Shown: in pieces, positions 17,665-32,249 of the stretch | How positions within the stretch are numbered: position 1 is the first letter of the stretch | Layout: each line of letters begins with the position of its first letter | NCBI RefSeq assembly: GCF_009914755.1 | Contig: NC_060941.1 | Source: the human T2T-CHM13v2.0 reference genome, Homo sapiens | DNA length: 64,000 nt | Reading direction: 5' to 3' (one strand) | The notes under the pieces: model-generated | Told to the model about the DNA's origin: nothing | What the model saw: only the letters and a program-made list of their open reading frames with translations | The model's database searches: none | Position numbers and translations under genes: made by a program

Positions 17665-20600
17665 CAGGATCATCATGGCAGATGAGAGGCAGGACTAGAT
17701 TGCTGCTCTGACTTGGATGGACAGAGCAGCATGTGGAGGCTCGTATCATGAATTTTAGCTCCAGAACGACTGCAGGAAAAATCAGGAATCCCGAGAGGAC
17801 CTTCTGAAAGGACAGACCCTCTGAAGGATGGGAACTGCTTCTGCAGGACCCAGGAGATACCCCAAATACTCCACAGCAAGACCCACCCAAGGAAAGTCTG
17901 AGCTCAGACATGCCCAGTCCTGCCCCCACCTGATGGTCCTTCCCTACCCACTCAGGTAGCTGAAGACAAAGGGCATATACTCTTGGAAGTTCTAGGACCC
18001 ACCCACTGCCTGTTCCTCTCCATACTACCATAGCTGATGCTCTCTGGAAAGTGCCACCTCCTGGCAGGAGGCCAACCAACATAAAAATAGAGCATTAAAC
18101 CACCAGAGCTAAGAACTGTCACAGAATCCATGTCACCCCCTGCCACCTCCACTGGAAGAGGTGCTGGTATCCACAAGTGAGAGACTCATAGACTGTTCAC
18201 ATCACAGGACTGTGCAAATAACCGCCAGTACCAGCCCAGAGCCTGGTAGACTTGCTGGGTGGCTACACCAGAAGAGAGATAACAACCTCTACAGCTCAGC
18301 TCTCAGGAAGCCACACACATAGGAAAAGGGGGAGAGTTCTATATCAAGGGAATACCCCATGGAACAAAAGAATCTGAACAACAGCCTTTAGCCCTAGACC
18401 TTCCCCCTGACAGAGCCTACCCAAATGAGAAGGAACCAGAAAACCAACTCTAGTAATACGAGAGAACAAGGCCCCCCCTCCAAAAAATCACACTAGCTCA
18501 CCAGCAATGGATCCAAACCAAGAAGAAATCCCTGATTTACCTGAAAAAGAATTCAGGAGGCTAGTTATTAAGCTAATCAGGGAGGCACCAGAGAAAGACA
18601 AAGCCCAGTGCAAGGAAATTCAATAAACAATACAAGAAGTGAGCGGAGAAATATTCAAGGAAATAGAAAGCATAAAGAAAAAACAATCAAAACTTCAGGA
18701 AACATTGGACACACTTACAGAAATGCAAAATGCTATGGAAAGTCTCAGCAATAGAATTGAACAAGTAGAAGAAAGAAATTCAGAACTCAAAGACAAGGTC
18801 TTTGAATTAACCTAATCCAACAAAAACAAAGAAAAAAGGATAAGAAAATATGAACAAAGACTCCAAGAAGTCTGGGATTGTGTTAAACAACCAAACCTAA
18901 GAATAATTTATGTTCATGAAGAAGAAGAGAAATCCAAAAGTTTGGAAAACATATTTGGGGGAATAATTGAGGAAAACTTCCCTGGCCTTGCTAATGACCT
19001 AGAAATCCAAATACTAGAAGCACAAAGAACACCTAGGAAATTCATTGCAAAAAGATCATCACCTAGGCACATTGTTATCAGGTTATCTAAAGTTAATACA
19101 AAGGAAATAATCTTAAGAGCTGTGAGACAAAAGCATGAGATAACCTATAAAGAAAATCCTATCAGATTAACAGCAGAAACCCTACAAGGCAAAAGGGATC
19201 AAGGCCCTATCTTCAGCCTCCTCAAATAAAACAATTATCAGCTAAGAATTTTGTATTTAGCAAAACTAAACATCATATACAAAGGAAAGGTACAGTCTTT
19301 TTCAGACAAACAAATGCTGAGATAATTTGCCACTACCAAGCCACCACTACAAGAACTGCTAAAAGGAGCTCTAAATCTTGAAACAAATCCTGGAAACACA
19401 TCAAAACAGAACCTCTTTAAGGCATAAATTTCACAGAACTTATAAAACAAAAATACAATTTAAAAAGCAAAAACAAAAAACTAAGTTATACAGACAACAA
19501 ATAGCCTGAAGAATGGAATGATATCTCACATCTTAATACTAACATTGAATGTAAATGGCCTAAACACTCCACTTAAAAGACACAGAAATGCAGAATGGAT
19601 AAGAATTCACCAACCAAATATCTGCTGCCTTCAAGAGACTCACCTAACACATAAGGATTCACATAAACTTAAAGTAAAGGGATGGAAAAAGGCATTTCAT
19701 GCAAATGGACACCGAAAGTGAGCAGGGGTAGTTATTCTTATATCAGAAAAATCAAACTTTAAAGTAACAGCAGTTAAAAAAGAAAAAGAGGGACATTATA
19801 TAGTGGTAAAAGGCCTTGTCCAACAGGAAAATATCACAATCCTAAACATATATGCACCTGACACTGGAGCTCCCAAATTTATAAAACAATTTCTAATAGA
19901 CCTAAGAAATGAGATAGACAGCAACACAATAATAGTGGGGGACTTCAATACTCCACTGACAGCACTAGACAGGTCATCAAGACAGAAAATCAACAAAGAA
20001 ACAATGGATTTAAATTATATGTTGGGACAAATGGACCTAACAGATACAACAGAACATTCCATTCAACAACCGCAGAATATACATTCTATTCAACCACGCA
20101 TGAAACTTTCTCCAAGATAGACCATATGATAGGCCACAAAACAAGGCTGAATAAATTTAAGAAAATTGAAATTATATCAAGCATCCTCTCAGACCATAGT
20201 GGAATAAAACTGGAAATCAACTCCAAAAGGAACCTTCAAAACCACGCAAAATACATGGAAATTAAATAACCTGTTCCTGAATGATCATTGGGCCAAAAAT
20301 GAAATCAAGATGGAAATTAAAGAATTCTTTGAACTGAACAACAGTAGTGACACCTATTAAAACCCCCGGGATAGGGCAAAGGCGGTGCTAGGAGGAAAGT
20401 TCATAGCCCTAAACACCTACATCAAAAAGACCAAAAAAGCACAAACTGTCAATCTATGGTCACACCTCAAGGAACCAGAGAAACAAGAATGAACTAAACA
20501 AAACCCAAGCAGAAGAAAGGAAATAGCCAAGATCAGAGCAGAACTAAATGAAAATGAAACAACAACAACAAAAATACAAAGGTAAATGAAACAAAACCTG

Positions 20601-21228
20601 GTTCTTTGAAAAGATAAATAAAATTGATAGACCGTTAGCAAGATTAACCAAGAAAAGAAGAGAGAAAATCCAAAAAACCTCAATAAGAAACAAAACGGGA
20701 GATATTACAACTGACACCACTGAAATACAAAAGATCATTCAAGGCTACTATGAACATCTTTATGCACATAAACTTGAAAACCTAGAAGAGATGGATAAAT
20801 TCCTGGAAAAACACAACCCTCCTAGCTTAAATCAGGAAGAATTAGATACCCTGAACAGACCAATAACGAGCACAGAGATTGAAAAGGTAATTTTAAAATT
20901 ACCAACAAAAAAGTCCAGGACCAGACAGATTTACCAGCAGAATTCTACCAGACATTCAAAGAATTGAATAAAATAATACATTTTTAAAAATAAAAAGAAA
21001 TATAATATTTTATTATAATCTATTTCCTTAAAAATACAGCTAGGTACCAATCCTATTGACACTATTCCACAAGATAGAGAAAGAGGAAACATAACCCAAA
21101 AAGAAAACTATAGACTGATATCCCTGATTAGCGTAGATGCTAAAATCCTTAACAAAGTACTAGCTAATCGAATTCAACAACATATCAAAAAGATAATCCA
21201 CCATGATCAAGTAGGTTTCATATCAGGA
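17665..21228 (+). mobile_element. L1PB-type element: 5' UTR, ORF1 and 5' part of ORF2 (endonuclease); decayed and 3'-truncated
   Basis: 5' UTR atggcagatgagaggcaggactagattgc. ORF1 peptides ENIFGGIIEENFPGLA...PRHIVIRLSKV (18942-19229). ORF2 EN peptides ILTLNVNGLNTPLKRHR...CCLQETHL and TIIVGDFNTPLTALDRSSRQKINKET. Multiple stops. Confidence 0.95.
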
Positions 21229-21559
21229 AGGAAACTCTGACACATTCTACAGCATGAAAGAACCTTGAAGACATTATGATAAGTAAAATAAACAAGTCTA
21301 GAGAGGATAGATATTGCATAATTCCATTTATGTGAAGTACCTAGAGTGGTCAAATTCATAGGGACCGAAAATACAACAGCAGTTGCCAGGGGCTGGAGAG
21401 AAGGAGCATGGGGAGTTATTGTTTAATGTGTACAGAATTTTAGTTGGGGAAGATGAAAAAGTTCTGGAGATGGATGGGTGGTAATGGCTACACAACAACG
21501 TGAATGTACTTAATGCTGCTGAAGTGTATGCTTAAAAATGGTTAAAACGGTACATGTTG

Positions 21560-21900
<341 letters not shown>

Positions 21901-22550
21901 TTATCACAATAAAATCAGACATTTTAAAAAATAAAAAGAAATATAATATTTTAGTATAATCCATTTCCTTTTAAAAATACAGTTAGGTACCATATTAACT
22001 TTTTTATGACTTAGAAATATCTTTAATTGAAAAATTAAGTCATCTTGTAGAATTACCTTTCCTTTTTCATGGGCTTAATGCCCCTCAAAAGAGAATGTTT
22101 TTATTACCAAGGGAAAGTGTAGTTTTCTTATATTGTATGAAGTACTCAATCTTTGTTCACAATTTAGTTTGCTTTGTAACAGATCCTTGATTCTCCAGTT
22201 TATGTTGACTTTTTGAAATCATGTGTGTGGGTAAGTTATTTGTGAATTTCATTTAAAGAAGGTAAAGAGAGTGTTACCAACTGTTTATTACCAAAAGAGG
22301 ACATTGGGCTTGATAGGGTTGTGAACTAGTGCTCCAGGGTAGATGCTTGGGAACGGAATTTCTGATTGTAGAGCATGCCCATCTGAAAATTTGCTAGAAA
22401 ATGTCAAATTATTTTCCATAGCAATTAAAAAAATCATGCCACCAACAGTGTTTTAGAGGTCCTATTTTTTGTTCCATCTCCTCACCAATACTTGGTATCA
22501 TCACACTTTGAAATTCCTGCTGATCTATGTATATGATGTCAGGTAGGTTA

Positions 22551-22952
22551 TGATGCAGTATGGATGTCCCATCCAAATCTCATGTTTAAATATAATCCCC
22601 AGTGTTGGAGCTGAGGCCTGGTAGGAGGTTTTTGGGTCATGGGGGTGGATCCCTAATGGCTTGGTGCTGTCCTTGTGATAGTGAATGAGTTGTGTAGAGT
22701 GTTCTCTCTAATGTAAAGTGTAACACCTCCTCCCACACCCTGTTTCTTGCTCCTGTTTTCACCACATGATGTGCCTTCACCTGCTTTGCCTTCTGCCATG
22801 AGTAAAACTCCCTGAGGCCTCCCCAGAAGCCAAGCAGATGCCAGTGCAGTGCTTTCATAGCCTGCAGAACCATGAGTCATTTAAAGCTGTTTTCTTTATA
22901 AACTACCCGGTCTCAGGTATTTCTTTAAAGCATTATAAGAATGGTCTAACAC
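22551..22952 (+). mobile_element. MaLR solo LTR (MSTA/B-like)
   Basis: ccaaatctcatgtttaaatataatccccagtgttggag...gaagccaagcagatgcc...ctcaggtatttcttt...ctaacaca. Confidence 0.9.
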
Positions 22953-23109
22953 AGGTTCCAATTTTATTTTTTAACTAGGAATAATCAATTGATCCAGCCC
23001 CATTCATTGAATAGTTTATCCTTCATTAATTCAAAATCTGTGACTGTATGAAATCCATGACTATGCATATAAATACACATATACACACATTTTTTACATG
23101 GGGATTTTT

Positions 23110-23365
23110 TGGGTTTTTTTCGTTTTTAATTGTCATATAATAATTGTACATAATTACAGAGTACACAGTGATGTTTTGCTACATATAATGTACAGAGATC
23201 AGATCAAGGTCATCTTGAGTCTTTGTCATCTCTTTGTGTTGGGAACATTCAATATCCTCCTTCTAGCAATGTGAAACTGTATTATATGTTATTGTTAACT
23301 ATAGTCACCCTACAGTTCTATAGAACACTAGAACTAATTCCTCTTATCTAGCTGTAATTCTGTAC
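23110..23365 (-). mobile_element. L1MA-type 3' end
   Basis: ataattgtacata...tttgtgttgggaacattcaatatcctccttctagc...agaacactagaact. Confidence 0.85.
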
Positions 23366-23499
23366 ACATGGATTTGTTTCTGGGTTTTCTATTCTGTTCC
23401 ATTGTTCTATTTGGGTATTCAATTAAAATATCAATATATTTTAATATATTCTATGAAAATAGCAGTCTTTCTTAATTACTATAGATTTATAATTAGTAT

Positions 23500-24962
23500 T
23501 TATGAAAGTCTGCATTTTTTCACTATTAAAATATACTGCTTCCAAAAGCAGTTCAATACTTAGCAAAGCAGCTTTATGGTGAGCCCTCTAGGATAAATGC
23601 AAATAATCCATACTGTTGTCTTCTCTTACAAGATACACATCATTTAACTAATGATTAAATAAATCATTATTTAAATTTTAAATATAGATGTTGGAGGCAA
23701 TCTAAATAAGTGAAAGTGCATCTGTCAAAGATGATGACAGAAATGGATGTCAAGCTTTTATTTTTAGGTCTGTCGATGAGATTACCAAATTGTCCATTGA
23801 GACCACTTCTAGATTATAACAAGATCAATGCGCACAGAAGTACTCTTAACTTTATGCTTTCATTGGTGGGCAGACATGTGTCAACTTCTCTATTTGTATA
23901 GATAAAAATGACAGAGAAAGACACACATCCCAGTTTCTAATATTCGAAATCACTATCTGTTCTCTTCAGAACCCATTTCTCTTAAACTCAGTGGATGAGG
24001 TTCACTCACTCATCGTGTTCCTTTGATGTCACTGTTCTAGTAAGAGTCACATCTACTCAGCTATATCAATTGTTTTTTGGGAAGATAAATTATAAAAAGG
24101 ATCTGCTTCCCTCAGGCTGATATATCCTCTGGGCCACAACATTATAAACAGAACAGAAGGACAAGACCTATTTGCTTTACCTATTGACTATGTGCAGGGC
24201 ACACCTTGAGAATGACAACAGACCATGCACCTAAGAAGACAATGTCAACTGTAATGTCTGGGGTATATACATGTTGAGACGAATATAATCAAACTTCTCA
24301 GTAAATGAAATCAGGACAAGATGACTTCTGTTATACTAACAGACAAGCCTAAAAATACACTCCCACCTGATCTGAAAAGGATTTCAGTTGTTAGAAGCAG
24401 TCGTATCCCTTTTCCCAAGAAAGTTGAGAGCCAGAGAAAAAATTAGACGTAAACTAGCAACATTAGAGCAAGGCTATAGAAGAAGAAGGTTTGGATGTGC
24501 AGTAAGGATGGACATGACCAACATGGAGCTTCTCAAGTGGGTGGCTTTGAATGTACCACATTCATATTGAGCAGGGGCTAGCCAAGAAAACATTAACAAA
24601 TGACTAAGGATTCTGTGTCTCCACTTCTCTCACAAGACATCTGAGCCCAGTTTTAGCCAAATAGATAACCCTTCTTCCTATGAAGTCAGATAGGGAATGG
24701 AGATGGTGACCAAGTGCTTATTCTTTCTTATGTGATTCCTGCAAGTGGAAGTAAGGAGAGATCCTGGTGATGACTACCCTCTGGGCCACCAATGATGAGT
24801 TAATTTGCCATAATTGGTGCAATTATTATAGGCCCATGATGCTTTACCAGAGAGGTGATCTTGTTTGAAGGCAAAGAGAATGTTCATTTGACCCTTGAAG
24901 AGTAAATTAATTTTCTCTATAGCAAGCTTTACACATATGGAGAGCTTCACAATCACAATAAT
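23500..24962 (+). pseudogene. TLR-like pseudogene fragment 5: main LRR array (~1.45 kb)
   Basis: LRR motifs: IIHTVVFSYKIHII (~23604), LNIDVGGNL (23678-23704), LRPLLDYNKINAH (in ORF 23710..23901) and SLQNPFLLNSVDE. In one shared frame: LRLIYPLGHNIINRTEGQDLFALP (24111-24182), LGYIHVETNIIKLL (24258-24299) and MTSVILTDKPKNTLPPDL (24321-24374). Many stops and frameshifts. Confidence 0.8.
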
Positions 24963-25330
24963 ATGCAGTGGTCTGAAGGTTTGTGATCTCCCCAGATTCA
25001 TACATTAAAACCTAATCCCCAATATGATAATGATAAGATGGGACCTTTGGGAGGTGATTAGGTCATAAGGGCTAATCCCTCATGAATGGAATTGGAGGTA
25101 CCCTGATGAAAGAGACCTCAGACACCCAGCTAGCCCCTTCCACCACATGCGGATGCAGCGAAAAGGTACCATTTCTGAACCAGAGAGTGAACCTGTACCC
25201 AACACTCAATCTGCTGGCACCTTGATCTTGGACTCCCCAGCCTCCAGAACTGTGAGTGATACATTTTTGTTGTTTGTAAGCTACTCAGTTTATGGTATTT
25301 TCATTACAATAACCCAAACAGACTAAAACA
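24963..25330 (+). mobile_element. MaLR solo LTR (MLT1A-like) inserted in the LRR array
   Basis: tgcagtggtctgaaggtttgtg...tttgggaggtgattaggtcat...tgctggcaccttgatcttggac...cagactaaaaca. Confidence 0.9.
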
Positions 25331-25955
25331 CTCTTCAAAAGGGACTATATATCTGGACTATGGGGCACTTGGAATATGTTATATTTAATAAAAATGTAGT
25401 AAATGAATGAATTCATAAACAAGTAAACACCTGCCTCTCCATCACCTTGCTTCTTTGGACTCACCCCTTAATGCTGTCTTCTTTTACAAGATATCACACT
25501 TTAAAAGAAAATTTAAAAAATACCTAGTGAGGAGAATAAAAGAAAATTTAAAATATACCTAGCGAGGAGAATCTCATGGTGTAATTTCCGGGATTTTATC
25601 AAGTAGTCCATAGACATTTTGGCAGTTTCCCAGGAAATATTAATAAGAAAAAACTTTTTTATTTGTGAGAAACATGTATTTCACAAAAGGGAAATGTGCG
25701 ATTTTTTATTTTTTCTTAGAAGCACTGTGACTTTTTAAACATTACAACCTTGAAGGCTGCATGGGCCCCACAAGGAGTGCACTCATCCGTCTGTCTCAAC
25801 TAACACATCATTCAGGGAGTGAAGTTATCTTGCCACTATAACTTCATGGTATTTGGGATTATTGATATTCACCACATTTCCCTTTCTGTGGTCATATTAT
25901 GTGATGTTGTATCTCAAATACACAAAAATGGATTCATGACTCATATTCATTGAGG
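25331..25955 (+). pseudogene. TLR-like pseudogene fragment 6: last LRRs, LRR-CT and transmembrane helix
   Basis: LRRs HLEYVIFNKNVVNE (25366-25407) and LHHLASLDSPLNAVFF (25437-25484). LRR-CT pieces across frames: KIYL..SWCNFRDFIK* (25550-25606), HYNLEGCMGPTRSALIRLSQL and KLSCHYNF. Then hydrophobic YLGLLIFTTFPFLWSYYVMLYLK (25850-25918). Confidence 0.8.
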
Positions 25956-25964
25956 TGTAAGAAT

Positions 25965-28900
25965 AGTATGAAGAGACTTCCAGGATGAAAAGCCTAGAAA
26001 TGGTCACTGTCATCCTTAAAATAAGAAAAAGCTGAACAAATGGAAAATCAATGACTTTTCTTGACAACATCAAAGAACTGAGATCACAGGGTAAACTGCC
26101 AAACCTGGGCAAACCTGAAACTGGAACATTGAGTACATCTGGGGAGGTACAGTAACTGGGACCTGTTTATCTGGAACAGAAGCCTGCAGTCATAACCCTG
26201 TAGGAATGTTTACATGGTAAATTCAAGAAACTGCTGGAGGGCTACTGTGAGAGTGAGAAACTCCTGGGGCCTCCACACTGTTATGAGCTTTCCCTTTAGA
26301 AACCCCACCAGGTTTCTCATGGTGAAAATTTCACTCAGATACCCTCAGGGCCCTGGCAGTGGGAGGGAAGGATTAGCTATGGTCAAATATACAGAGCATC
26401 CTCTCAATAACCAAGGCCCATTCCCCAGGGGAAAGGGCTTTGCCTACTCACAGTTCTGGAAACTTTCTCCAACTGTGGGAAAAAGAATTCTCCCCCACTC
26501 CAGTCCCCTAAGGGGAAAATAATCAACATGCGATAGGGCTCCAAGGAAAATATTTTAAAAACACAGTATGAAGAAACAAAGTGATCATTAGAACCAGGCT
26601 CAGATATGCACACACTTTGGGATTATCAGATAGGGAATTTTCTTTTAATCCTATAATTGGAAACTTTAAGAAAAAGAAATCAAAGGAAATGCTAGAAATT
26701 AAAAACATTGTAATAAAAATGATGGGCTCATCAGTAGACTTGACACAACAGAGGAACTTTTCAGTGAGCATGAAGGTAGGTCAACAGAACTTCCAAACTG
26801 AAAGGTAAAGAGAAAAAAGAATTTAAAATACCCAACAAGCAAACAGAATATTCAAAAACTCAGGGACAATATAAAAAATGGTCTGCGTATAATTTAAATT
26901 CTAGAAAGAGAAGGGAGCAGAGGAAATATTTGAGAAGTAATAATGACCAAAAACTTTCAAATCCAAAATTTATACGAAACCAAAAACAGCCTGAATAGCT
27001 GAAGCAATTCTAAGCAAAAAGAACAAAGCTGGAGCCATCACACTACCCAGCTTCAAACTATACTATAAATCTACAGTAACCAAAACAGCATGGTACTGGT
27101 ATAAAAATAGACACATAGACCAATGAAACAGAACAGAAAACTCAGAAATAAAGTCATACACCTACGACCATCTGATCTTTGACAAGGCTGACAAAAATAA
27201 ACAATGGAGAAATGATTCAATAAATGGTGCTGGGATAACTGGCTAGTCATATGCAGAAGATTGAAACTGGACCCCTTCCTTATACCATATACAAAAATTA
27301 ACTCAAAATGGAGCAAAAATTTAAATGTAAGACCTCAAACTATAAATATCCTAGAAGACAACCTAGGATTTACTCTTCTTGATGATGGCCTTGGCAAAGA
27401 ATTTTTGGCCAAGTCCCCAAAAGCAATTGCAACAAAAACAAAAATAGACAAGTGGGACCAAATTAAACTAAAGAACTTCTGTACAGCAAGAGAAACTACC
27501 AACAGAGTAAATAGACATCTACAGAATGGGAGAAGCTATTCACCAACTATGCATCTGACAAAGGCCTATTATCCAGAATCTATAGGGAACTTATGCAATT
27601 CAACAAGCAAAAACCAAATAACCCCATTAAAAACTGGGCAAATGACATGGGCTTCTCTCTTGAAGACATACAAGTGGCCAACACACATATGAAAAAATGC
27701 TCAACATCACTGATCATCAGAGAAATGCAAATCAAAACCACAATGAGATAGCATCTCATACTAGTCAGAATGGCTATTATTAAAAAGTCAAAAAACAACA
27801 GATGCTAGTGAGGCTGCAGAGAAAAGGGAACACTTCTACACTGTTGGTGGGAATATAAATTAGTTCACCCACTGTGGAAAACAGTTTGGAGATTTCTCAA
27901 ATAACTTGAAGCAGAGTTACCACTTGACCCAGCAACACCGTTCCTGAGTATATACCCAAAGGAAAGGAAATCATTCAACCAAAAAGACACAGACACTTGT
28001 ATGTTCATTGCAGCACTATTCACAACAGCAAAGTCATGGAATCAACCCAGTTGCCATCAGTGGTAGATTGGATAAAGAAAATGTGGTACATACTCACCAT
28101 GGAATACTATGCAGCCATAAAAATGAATGAAATCACGTCCTTTGCAGCATCATGGATGCATTTGGAGGCCATAATCCTAGTTAAGTTAGCCCAGGAACAG
28201 GAAACCAAATACTGCATATTGCCACTTAAAAGCGGGAGCTAAACATTAGACACACATGGACATAGACATGGGAACAATAAACACTACAGGCTACTAGAGT
28301 GGGGACAGAAGAGTGAGGTGCAGGTTGAAAGACAACTTATTGGGTACTATGCTTACTATCAGGGTAATGGGATCCATACCCCAAATCTCAGCATCATGCA
28401 ATACAACCATGTAACAATTCTGCACATGTACCCCCTGTGTCTAAAATAAAAGTTAAAATTTTCTAAAAAAGAAAAATATCTTACCTATAGAGAGACTAGG
28501 ATGAAAATTACAGCAGAGTTTTTCATCAGAAACCATGCAAGCTAGAAAAGAGTGTATGGAAATCTTTAACAGGTTGTTTAAAAACGACAAAAACCAGGCA
28601 ACCCTGGCACCCCATCTTTCTAGAATTCTATAGTCAGTGAAATTATCCTTCTAAAGTGAAGGAAAAACAAAGACTTTCTCAGACAAACAAAAACTGAAGG
28701 GAATTCATTACTAGCAGATTTGTGCTGTAAGAAATGTCAAAATGTTTTCACAAAGAAGAAAAACGATGCGGATAAAAAACTTGTATCTATGCAAAGAAAC
28801 AAAAAAAATTGCAGAGAAAGAATAAAGATAAAATAAAATATCTTTTTTATTCTTAATTGATCTAAAAGATAACTTTTTACTTAGACAATAATAGTAATAA

Positions 28901-30445
28901 TATATTGGGTGATTATAGCTTATGGATAAGTGAAACGATTGGCAACAATGTCACAAGAGGCAGCAGGGAGGAATTCGGAATATTTCATTATAAGCTACCG
29001 GCACTGCTTGTGCAGTACTTAGGTGCTGACCAAATAACTTTGGAAATGAAAGTCCATTTCAAGATGGATTTAGATTATTTAAAAACATACGTTGTAAAAT
29101 TTTAGAGCAACTGCTAAAAATTTAAAAGTAAATATAAAGAATGCATTAAGATAGAAGATAAAAATGAAACCATACAAAATGCTTAATTGAAATCAGAATG
29201 GTCAGAAAAAGAGAGGTGACAAGAAACAAACAGCAAATATAATGAATAGAAAACAGTAAAAACATGGTAGTCATTCATCCATTTAAATCTATAATAACTT
29301 AAAATGTGCATGGTTTATGCAGCAAACCACCATGACACACATTTACCTGTGTAACAAACCCGTACATCCTGCACATGTACCGCAAAACTGAAAAACATTT
29401 TTAAAAATGTGCATGGCTTAAATATGCCAACAAAATACATACCAATAAAAATACAGGGATTGTCACAGTTAGTTCAAAGAAAAAAGACTAAATGATGTAT
29501 TATCTATAAAAATCTACTACAACTATGAAGACTAGGATAAGATAAAAACAAAGTGATTGAGGAAGCTATACTACAAATCAAACAAAAACTAGAATAGGTA
29601 GTTATATTAATTTTAGACAAAACAGACTTTAGAACAAGAAAGATTATCAGGGAAAGATTACTGGGGATAAGAGAGCTCAATTCTCCAAGAGGAGAGCAAT
29701 CCTAAATATCTATGCCTCTGTAAACAGAACATCAAAATACATGAGGCAAAAGTGATAGAACCAAAAGAAGAAATAGACAAATCCACTATTACAGTTAGAG
29801 ACTTCAATGACTTTCTCTTAGTAACTGATAAATGAAGCAGGCAGGCAGTCATTGAGAATACAGATGACTCAAACAGTACTATCAATCAACTTGATCTAAA
29901 TGATATTTATAAAATGTTCCAACAAAAACCCTTAAAACTCAATAGGAAGAAAATGACTCAAACATTTTTAAAAAAAGATCTGAGCACACATACCTCACCA
30001 AAGAAGTTTGCAGATAGCAAATAAACAAATAAAAATATGCTCAACATCATCAGTCATTATGGAATCACAAATTAAAACCACAAGATATCACTGTAAGAAT
30101 ACCCACCAGGATGGCTAAAATCCAGAAGACTTGACAGTGTTAACTGCTGGGAAGCAATTGCATTCCCAGGTATTTACCCAAGTGATTTAAAAACTTGTGT
30201 CCACACAAAAGCCTGCACATGAATGTTTATAGTAGCTTTATTCATAATCATGGAAGTAACCATGATGTTCTTCAATACATGGTTGAATGAATTAACTATA
30301 GTACATACCTATATTGTGATATTTTTCAATAATAAAAAGAAATGAGTTTTCAAGCCTTTTGAAAACATGGATGAATCTTAAATGCATCTTGCTAGTGAAA
30401 GGTGTAAGGGCTCTGTGGCTATGGATGACATTCTGGAAAAGGCAT
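25965..30445 (+). mobile_element. Old L1 (L1MC/MD-like) fragments, split by a younger L1 at 26960-28475
   Basis: ORF1-like agtgaaattatccttctaaagtgaagg; EN-like gacaaatccactattacagttagagacttcaa; 3' UTR aacatggatgaatcttaaatgcatcttgctagtgaaag. Confidence 0.8.
26960..28475 (+). mobile_element. Primate L1 (L1PA/PB-type), 5'-truncated, ORF2 3' end and 3' UTR
   Basis: [16 protein letters not shown]...[23 protein letters not shown] (ORF 27261..27692); 3' UTR and A-tail at ~28440-28475. Confidence 0.95.
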
Positions 30446-30618
30446 CATATATATGATACCACATGGTGTATATATATGATATTTATATATGATATTATAT
30501 ATATATATATAAAATCTCCAAGAAGATATATATATATGAGAGAGATATATATATAAAGAGAGACTAGAATGAGAAGAGTCCATATATATATGATATATAT
30601 ATATATATGATATATATA
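30445..30618. repeat. (TA)n-rich low-complexity tract
   Basis: Interrupted atatatat runs. Confidence 0.9.
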
Positions 30619-31236
30619 ACTGCCAGAAGATGGGAAGATGCTCTCCCAACAGTGCAGCAAGCTAGCAGCAGCGCTGGGCTCCTCAGTCTCCAAGGCTAAG
30701 TCTCACAGCCATGCAGTGCCTGGGTTCAAATACATTTCATTAAATGTTCCATTACACTAAAATGACCATATTGTAATGGAACAGGCTTGGTATTTTTTTA
30801 AGTACAAAATCAATGTGCTGACCTTAGTTATTATTATATCAATATAATAACATTAGTCTTCTTTAAAAAAAGAAAAATATCATGTGAAATATCACCACTC
30901 ACATACAATTTCCACAAATTGTCTTTGTTTTTGTGCTTTTCCCTCAGGCTTGTATATTTTTACAGAGTGGTAACCAGCCTTTTCACTTAATGTTATAACA
31001 TAAGAGTTTCCCCAAGTTGCATTTAGTTTTATCACTTAAAGATTTTTTATAAGCAGCTAAGTATTATCTTATCTGCATTCATTGTATTTTAAATGAATAA
31101 TCACTTACTATTGGATAAAGTTGTTACTGTTTTGCATTATGGCAATATTCATACTTTTGGCTTCTTGATTTTTAAAAAATTATTTATTTACCTTCTATAG
31201 CATTACTGAGTTAAAAGATATGAACATCTTTATAAC

Positions 31237-31531
<295 letters not shown>

Positions 31532-31649
31532 ATGACTTGTTTTTTTACTTAAATAAAAAACAATGTTTTTTCAATTAAATATAGAAGATTGGCCACATGC
31601 GTGTATCTGTCCTTTCTGCTGAGATCCCACTAAGATGGAAGAGGAAAAA

Positions 31650-32000
31650 GAACACAAGACACGTTTGGAAGCCCCAAGGAAGGTATTGCACTGAGTGGAC
31701 AAGCCACTGTTTGAGAGACTGCATGATGAGCCCCTGAGAGTAGGTAGAGAGAGAGAGTGAGGCCAGTTGAGCCATGCTTCTCTTCTGTCCCCACCAAGGG
31801 CCAAGCACGTGGTAAATCTATTGTGCAGCCTCCAGCCCTGACCAGGGCTGCTGAATACCACCGAATGTGCCCAGTCAGTATCACTTGGATCAAAGGGTTC
31901 ACCCCACAAACCTCAAATCCCTGACTGTCAACTCATGAGATACAATGAGATAGTTGTTTTAAGCCACTAAATTTTGCTGCACAGTGATAGATAACTAAAG
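31650..32000 (+). mobile_element. MaLR LTR fragment (MLT1H/J-like)
   Basis: gttgttttaagccactaaattttgctgcacagtgatagataact 3' end. Confidence 0.65.
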
Positions 32001-32177
32001 GAGAAGAAGAAAATATACGAGAGCATAGAAAAGTAGGAAAATGAGAAAAAGAAGTGATTATGAATTCCAGGAAAAGCAGAACATTCACAAAGAAAAAGAA
32101 TGATTACAGAACACTACTCAGCCACTTTTGAATGTGCCATAATATACTTAACCTTCCCTGACATTTAATGTTTTCTG

Positions 32178-32212
32178 TATGTGTGTGTGTGTGTGCATGT
32201 GTGTGTGTGTGT
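32178..32212. repeat. (TG)n microsatellite
   Basis: Two TG runs with a ca interruption. Confidence 0.95.
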
Positions 32213-32249
32213 ATTATAAACAAGTTTCAGTGACTACTCAGGTACATGC

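Noticed and set aside
17516-20120. Longest ORFs (188 aa antisense; L1 ORF1/ORF2 pieces)
   Set aside because: Antisense to the L1 5' UTR or fragments of a dead L1PB with many stops; not a functional gene or active element.
23500-25955. Possible endogenous non-retroviral RNA virus element (bornavirus-like)
   Set aside because: No recognisable N/G/L motifs, poly-A or TSD; periodic LRR motifs explain the coding-like character.
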